Shown piece after piece: positions 58,139-64,000 of a stretch of 64,000 bases of DNA (the first letter of the stretch is position 1; every line of letters starts with the position of its first letter). The notes under the pieces were generated by a model. It did no database searches, had not been told where the DNA came from, and worked only from the letters and a program-made list of their open reading frames with translations. The position numbers and the translations under genes were made by a program. Location of the stretch: the NCBI GenBank assembly GCA_951406725.2, contig OX597819.1:36828001-36892000 (forward strand), written 5' to 3'. The DNA is from Octopus vulgaris. Lineage: Eukaryota.

Positions 58139-58184
58139 GACACCTGAGGAAAGCTGGAGAGTATATCAACCGAAACGTTGTGTT
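58139..58184 (+). ncRNA. Minimal hammerhead ribozyme (second copy of the 59610 family)
   Basis: gacac-CTGAGGA-a-agctg(gagagtatat)caacc-GAAA-c-GTT-gtgtt. Flanks match 59597-59671; truncated by a family A SINE (58200-58400). Confidence 0.7.
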
Positions 58185-59317
58185 AACAACAAACAAGATG
58201 TTTCGGTCATTTGACTGCAGCCGTGTTGGGTCTGAGTCTAACAAATTGACCCCAGGACCTATTTTTTTAAAGACTAGTACTTTATTCCATCGATCTCTTT
58301 TGCCGAACTGCCAAATTACGGAGATGTAAACACGCCAACACTGGTTGTAAAGAGGTGGTGCGGGACAAACACAGACGCAAAGACAAGCACACACACACAC
58401 ACAGACACCCACATACATATATCTTTATATTAATTTACTCGTTCGTTCGCCCTTTACACATTAGTTAGTTAGAGACATGGAGGTGGTGTGAGTGAGAGGT
58501 GGAATAAGAGTGAGGCAGAGAGAGCAAGGAGTGAAGAAAGAAGAGAGGAAGAAGTAGAGAAAGGTGATTAATAACAATACACTTAGGCCAAATGATCACG
58601 TAGTCAGCTGAAGGTAGAGGCGAAGAACGAGATAAAAAGAGGGAGAGAGAAGTGCTAACGATGTGCGGTGAGGGTGGGGAAGGAATATTTATTACGTGGT
58701 TAAAAATTAGTTGAAGGGAAAGGTAGATAGAGAGATATGGACAGGTGAGGCAATTAAATTAAGAGAGAGAAAGTGAGAGAGAGCGGCAGGTAGTGGCGGT
58801 GGTGGTGTGTTGGTAGTGAAAAGTATTTTTTTTTAACTGAACTAACTTTTTTATAGCGTCCATTGCACACGCATAAGTGAAATTATTTATCATCTGACCG
58901 CTTAAAAAAGTGATACTTGTTTATAAGGGTTAATTTAGTCTAAACTCTGGATTCACAAGAAACAAGGTTGCAAGCTGCTCGAGAAAGTATGCACAGATAG
59001 AAAGCACGGATCAGAGAGGAACAGTGAGAAGATATAATAAAAAGAGGTAAGAGACAACACCAAGCTTCCTACAGAAGGTATCGTTTAAAATGACCATATA
59101 AAGATACTACGGGATATGAAACTTGAAACGGATACGTAAGTAGAACATTCACACCCAAATATTAGGCGTGGAACTCAGTAAAGAAGAAAGAGTGTGTTGT
59201 TTAATCAATGTTGTGGACCCGTTTCATACATCGATACAAAAAGAATATGACAAAACTAAAACACCAGGACCTCAAATACAAACTTAAAAGATGCAATATC
59301 ATTACCAGTTCAAATAT

Positions 59318-59467
59318 TAAACAATTCTATATTTAAGAGATGAGGAATTATGTACATTATTTACATTTGACGGATGTTTGTCGAATAGCATTGCACAGGT
59401 ATATGGCGTAGTGGTTAAGAGCGCGGGCTACTAACCCCAAGATTCTTGGTTCGATTCCAGGCAGTGA

Positions 59468-59539
<72 letters not shown>

Positions 59540-59703
59540 CAACAACAACAACAACAACAACATTGAAAAATACCTTAGGAATGAGAATCCAGATTTGAAA
59601 TTACCCCAAGACACCTGATGAAGGCTGGGGGGTATATCAGCTGAAACGTTGTGTTAATAACAAACAAGATGAGGACAAATATCCGTCAAATGTAAATAAT
59701 GTA
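59318..59703 (+). mobile_element. tRNA-headed SINE-like element with hammerhead ribozyme and inverted 3' copy
   Basis: A box TGGCGTAGTGG (59404), B box GGTTCGATTCC (59448), (AAT)/(AAC) linker, HHR. Inverted arms 59351-59382 / 59674-59705. Flanking CAGTTCAAATAT at 59306 and 59704. Confidence 0.8.
59610..59655 (+). ncRNA. Minimal type I hammerhead ribozyme
   Basis: gacac-CTGATGA-a-ggctg(gggggtatat)cagct-GAAA-c-GTT-gtgtt. Canonical core, stems I and II paired, palindromic AACGTT stem III. Confidence 0.82.
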
Positions 59704-60658
59704 CAGTTCAAATATGTTTGTTGCAAGCTTGGACTCGTAAATAAGCCATTCACTGTGTTTTACCATGGGAAAAATTCCTCGCCGCAGTCAAACGGTGTAA
59801 ATACATATAAATCAGTTCACAGTGCCACCTATCTAGACTTTAAGATGCAAGCATTTCAGATTGGTTATCTCCTTTTCGGTCACAGTCACTAGGCAGTGGG
59901 AAGCTGCGAACTGATCAAAGAGATTGTTTCTCTTATGCCATTTCAGTAAACGCGCGGTGACGATCAGCGCTATGCAGTGACTCACCGTAAGCAAATTATG
60001 GAGCGCTAAGCAGTGACACCTATAAATGCAATGTTATTATCAGTTCAAATATGCTTGCGGTGCGTTAGCACAGCTTAGCACTCCCCATCCGTGAACATAA
60101 AAGAATCTACACCATCAAGAATCGACCCCACAACCTAACGACCGTGAACCAAATACCCAAGCCACTAAGCTACGTGCCTTTGCAAATCACAGCTTCCCAC
60201 CTTAAAAACCGGACACATTGCATAGTGAAGTATTAGAAAACTCTAAGAAAAATTACTATTTGGAAATCTCAAAATGGAGAGGCATTCAGCAAAAGATTAT
60301 TTGCCAACATAACATGGCAGTCCGGGTTTAGGACGAATGTTGCTGTAAATTAGATGTCTCCTGGGGCTAAATTACAGCATCATTCGTCCTAAACCAGGTT
60401 GACCCGAGTCTTATACTTGAAGACACTTGCCCAAGGTGCTACGCAGTGGCGCTGAATCCAGAACCATGTGGCCGACAAGCAGGCTTCTTGCCACACATCC
60501 GCACCTATATAATTTTATAGCCCTTTCATTCATTATGAATGAATCTGTCGACAACGGATTCATTCATAAAATGTATCAGTGCGCGAGCGTGTATGTGTGT
60601 GCGTGTGTGAACACACACACACTTATATACATGTACATGTATGTGAATATGAGTGTGT

Positions 60659-60739
<81 letters not shown>

Positions 60740-60759
60740 AATGTCGACAAAACTATTCA

Positions 60760-61140
60760 TCTCTCTCTATATAAACGGCAGTTTGTCTGTGCGTGTTTCT
60801 GTGTGTCTGTTTGCTTGTACCCTCACCCTGACCACGGCTTTCAACCGATTCTGATGAAACTTGACACACACATAGCCCAATGTCATAATTCAAAACTAAC
60901 GCAGCGAAAATTTTGAAAAGTTCCCCCAGTTCTGAAAAAATCGATAAATTCGACATGGGGTCGAGAATCAGAAACTCAAACCGCAAACTGTCTAGGGGAC
61001 GCAACTCCACCTTTTTTAACGAAAAAAAAATTTACCTTCATTTTTTTCCATTTTTTTGTTATTTTTTGGCTATAACTCTCTAAAACTGCTTTATAGTTAT
61101 TTCCCTTACAAACCTGAGCAACGCCGGACGATACTGCTAG
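60760..61140 (+). mobile_element. Non-autonomous Helitron
   Basis: 5' TC start after A, subterminal hairpin CCTGAGC-AAC-GCCGG, 3' CTAG followed by T. Confidence 0.8.
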
Positions 61141-61490
61141 TTTATATATAAAAGTGAAGTTGTGTGTCTGTCTCCTACGATTTAGATTCCTAACTACTCC
61201 CACATTTTGCGGTGCAGTGTAACCAAAAGCGGGTATCTTATAGTCGTGATTCATATCGAGCCCTTCCGGGTATTAGCGCGCGTCTACGATGAGTCTACGA
61301 TTTAGAAAAAAAATTACCATCATGTTTTTCCATTTTAATGCATTTTTTTCGCTATTATATAAGGGAAGTAACTCTCTAAAAATGTCTACGATGATTCAAC
61401 GATTTAAAAAAAATTTACGATAATTTTTTTTCCAATTTTAATGCAATTTTTTTGCTATTTTTTGGCTATAACTCTCTGAAAATGCTTACA
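61141..61490 (+). mobile_element. Second related Helitron, 3'-truncated by a SINE
   Basis: T.TATATATAAAA..GTGTGTCTGTC start. Shares TTTTTTGGCTATAACTCTCT..AAA.TGCT with the first element and has an internal duplication. Confidence 0.6.
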
Positions 61491-61892
61491 TTCTTCTTCT
61501 TCTTGTTTCAGTCATTTGACTGCGGCCATGCTGGAGCACCGCCTTTAGTCGAGCAAATCGACCCCAGGACTTATTCTTTGTAAGCCCAGTACTTATTCTA
61601 TCGGTCTCTTTTGCCGAACCGCTAAGTAACGGGGACGTAACCACACCAGCATCGGTTGTCAAGCAATGCTAGGGGGACAAACACAGACACACAAACACAC
61701 ACATATACATATATACACATACATATATACGACAGGCTTCTTTCAATTTCCGTCTACCAAATCCACTCACAAGTCATTGGTCGGCCCGGGGCTATAGTAG
61801 AAGACACTTGCCCAAGATGTCACGCAGTGGGACTGAACCTGGAACCATGTGGTTGGTTAGCAAGCTACTTACCACACAGCCACTCCTGCGCC
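61491..61892 (-). mobile_element. Full-length, young SINE family A
   Basis: Near-consensus head GGCGCAGGAGTGGCTGTGTGGTAAGTAGCTTGC, highly similar to 27940-28317, (GAA)n tail. Confidence 0.9.
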
Positions 61893-62053
61893 ATTATATA
61901 TATATATTCTCTCCCAATTTCGCAGTGTGTATGTGCATAAATAAATGTATTTACGGTAATGTATCCCATTGCTTAGGTTACAATATTTCATTAATATATG
62001 TTTTGATGAACGTCAGATCTGATAACAAGATTGCTTTACACCATTCAAGGCCT

Positions 62054-64000
62054 CAGAGATCAAAGAGGGGTGCCGACAGAGATCAAAGAGGGGTGCCGAC
62101 AGAGATCAAAGAGGGGTACCGACAGAGATCAAAGAGGGGTGCCGACAGAGATCAAAGAAGGTGTCGACAGAGATCGAAGGGAGTGCCGACAGAGATCAAA
62201 GAGGGTGCCGACAGAGATCAAAGAGGTGCCGACAGAGATCAAAGAGGGGTGCCGACAGAGATCAAAGGAGGTCCCGACAGAAATCAAAGAGGGGTGTCGA
62301 CAGAGATCAAAGTGGGTGCCGACAGAGATCAAAGAGGGGTGCTGACAAAGATCAAAGGGGGTGTCGACAGAGACCAAAGAGGGGTGCCGACAGAGATCAA
62401 AGAGGGGTGCCGACAGAGATCAAAGGGGGTGCCGACAGAGATCAAAGAGGGGTGCCGACAGCAATCAAAGAGGGTGCCGACAGAGATCAAAGAGGGGTGC
62501 CGACAGAGATCAAAGAACAGGAATCAAAGAGGGTGCCGACAGAGATCAAAGAGGGGTGCCGACAGAGATCAAAGAGGGGTGCCGACAGAGATCAAAGAAA
62601 GGTGCCGACAGAGATCAATGGGGATGCACAGAGATCAAAGGAGTGATGACAGAGATCAAAGGGGGTGCCGACAGAGATCAAAGAGGGTGCCGACAGAGAT
62701 CAAAGACGGGTGCCGACAGATATCAAAGGGGGTGTACAGAGATCAAAGGGTTGCCGACAGAGATCAAAGAGGGGTACCGACAGAATTCAAAGAGGGATGC
62801 CGACAGAGATCAAAGAGGGGTGCCGACAGAGATCAAAGAGGGGTGCCGACAGAGATCAAAGAGGGATGCAAAGAGATCAAAGGGGGTGCCGTCAGAGATC
62901 AAAGGGGTGCCAACAGAGATCAAAAAGGGGTGCCGACAAAGATCAAAGAGGGTGCCAAAAGAGATCAAAGAGGGTACCGACAGAGATCAATGGGGGTGCC
63001 GACAGAAATCAAAGAAAGGTGCCGACAGAGATCAAAGAGGGGTGCCGACAGAGATCAAAGGGGGTGCCGACAGAGACCAAAGAGAGTGTCGACAGAGATC
63101 AAAGAGGGGTGCCGACAGAGATCAAAAAGGGTGCTGACAGAGATCAAAGGGGGTGCCGACAGAGACCAAAGAGGGGTGCTGACAAAGATCAAAGGGGGTG
63201 CCGACAGAGATCAAAGATTGGGTGTCGACAGAGATCAAAGAGGGGTGCCGACAGAGATCAAAGGGGGTGCCGACAGAGATCAAAGAGGGGTGCCGACAGA
63301 GATCAAAGAGGGATGCCGACAGAGATCAAAGAGGGTACCGACAGAGATCAAAGAGGGGTATCGACAGAGATAAAAGAGGGTGCCGACAGAGATCAAAGAG
63401 GGGTACCGACAGAGATCAATGGGGTGCCGAGAGAAATCAAAGAGAGGTGCCGACAGAGATCAAAAAGGGTGCCGAAAGATATAAAAGATATCAAAGAGGG
63501 GTGCCGACATAGTTCAAATAGGGGTGCCGACAGAGATCAAAGAAGGATGCCGACATAGATCAAAGAGGGTGCCGACAGAGATCAATTGGGGTGCCGACAG
63601 AAATCAAAGAGAGGTGCCGACAGAGAGCAAAGGGGTGCCGACAGAGATCAAAGGGGGTGCCGACAGAGACCAAAGAGGGTGCCGACAAAGATCAAAGAGG
63701 GGTGCTGATAGAGATCAAAGGAGGTGCCGCCAGAGATCAAAAAGGGTGCCGAAAGATATAAAATAGATCAAAGAGGGGTGCCGACAGATATCAAAGTGGG
63801 GTGCCGACAGAGATCAAAGGGGGGTGCCGACAGAGATCAAAGAGGGATGCACAAAGATCCAAGAGAGGTGCCGACAGAGATCAAAGAGGGGTGCCGACAG
63901 AGATAAAAGGGGGTGCCGACAGAGACCAAAGAGAGTGTCGACAGAGATCAAAGAGGGGTGCCGACAGAGATCAAAAAGGGTGCTGACAGAGATCAAAGGG
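62054..64000. repeat. Tandem satellite, 21-23-bp unit CAGAGATCAAAGAGGGGTGCCGA, runs off window end
   Basis: Roughly 85-90 head-to-tail units with no unique spacers. Confidence 0.97.

Noticed and set aside
59400-59470. Functional tRNA gene
   Set aside because: A and B boxes are present, but there is no convincing acceptor stem and it is embedded in a repeat. Treated as a SINE head, as are the other tRNA-like heads.
62054-64000. CRISPR array or repetitive protein gene (ORFs 61808-63373 etc.)
   Set aside because: Units are head-to-tail with no unique spacers, there are no cas genes, and the context is eukaryotic. The ORFs switch among three repeat-frame peptides and the longest begins inside a SINE.

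Overview
AT-rich, microsatellite-dense eukaryotic DNA with no recognisable host gene exon. The SINE families and repeat landscape look like an Octopus (coleoid cephalopod) genome; this is an inference. The window is almost entirely mobile-element debris. It contains R4/Dong-type RLE retrotransposon 3' ends, a young 5'-truncated CR1-type LINE, RTE and Penelope-like (PLE) RT remnants, and a Mag-type Gypsy element that has lost its RT. It also contains mariner, maT and pogo fossils, Helitron/Helentron-type elements, three tRNA-derived SINE families, five copies of a Merlin-like MITE carrying TTAGGG repeats, and a terminal ~23-bp satellite. The most interesting signal is non-coding. About ten type I hammerhead ribozyme (HHR) motifs, some degenerate, come from at least six apparently unrelated short families. 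Several sit in fold-back (partial inverted) elements next to (TA)n or other microsatellites, as expected for PLE-mobilised retrozyme-like elements. One of them (59318-59703) joins a Pol III tRNA-like head to a hammerhead. Nearly all ORFs in the supplied track are microsatellite or satellite artefacts. Coordinates were read by eye, and fossil boundaries are approximate.
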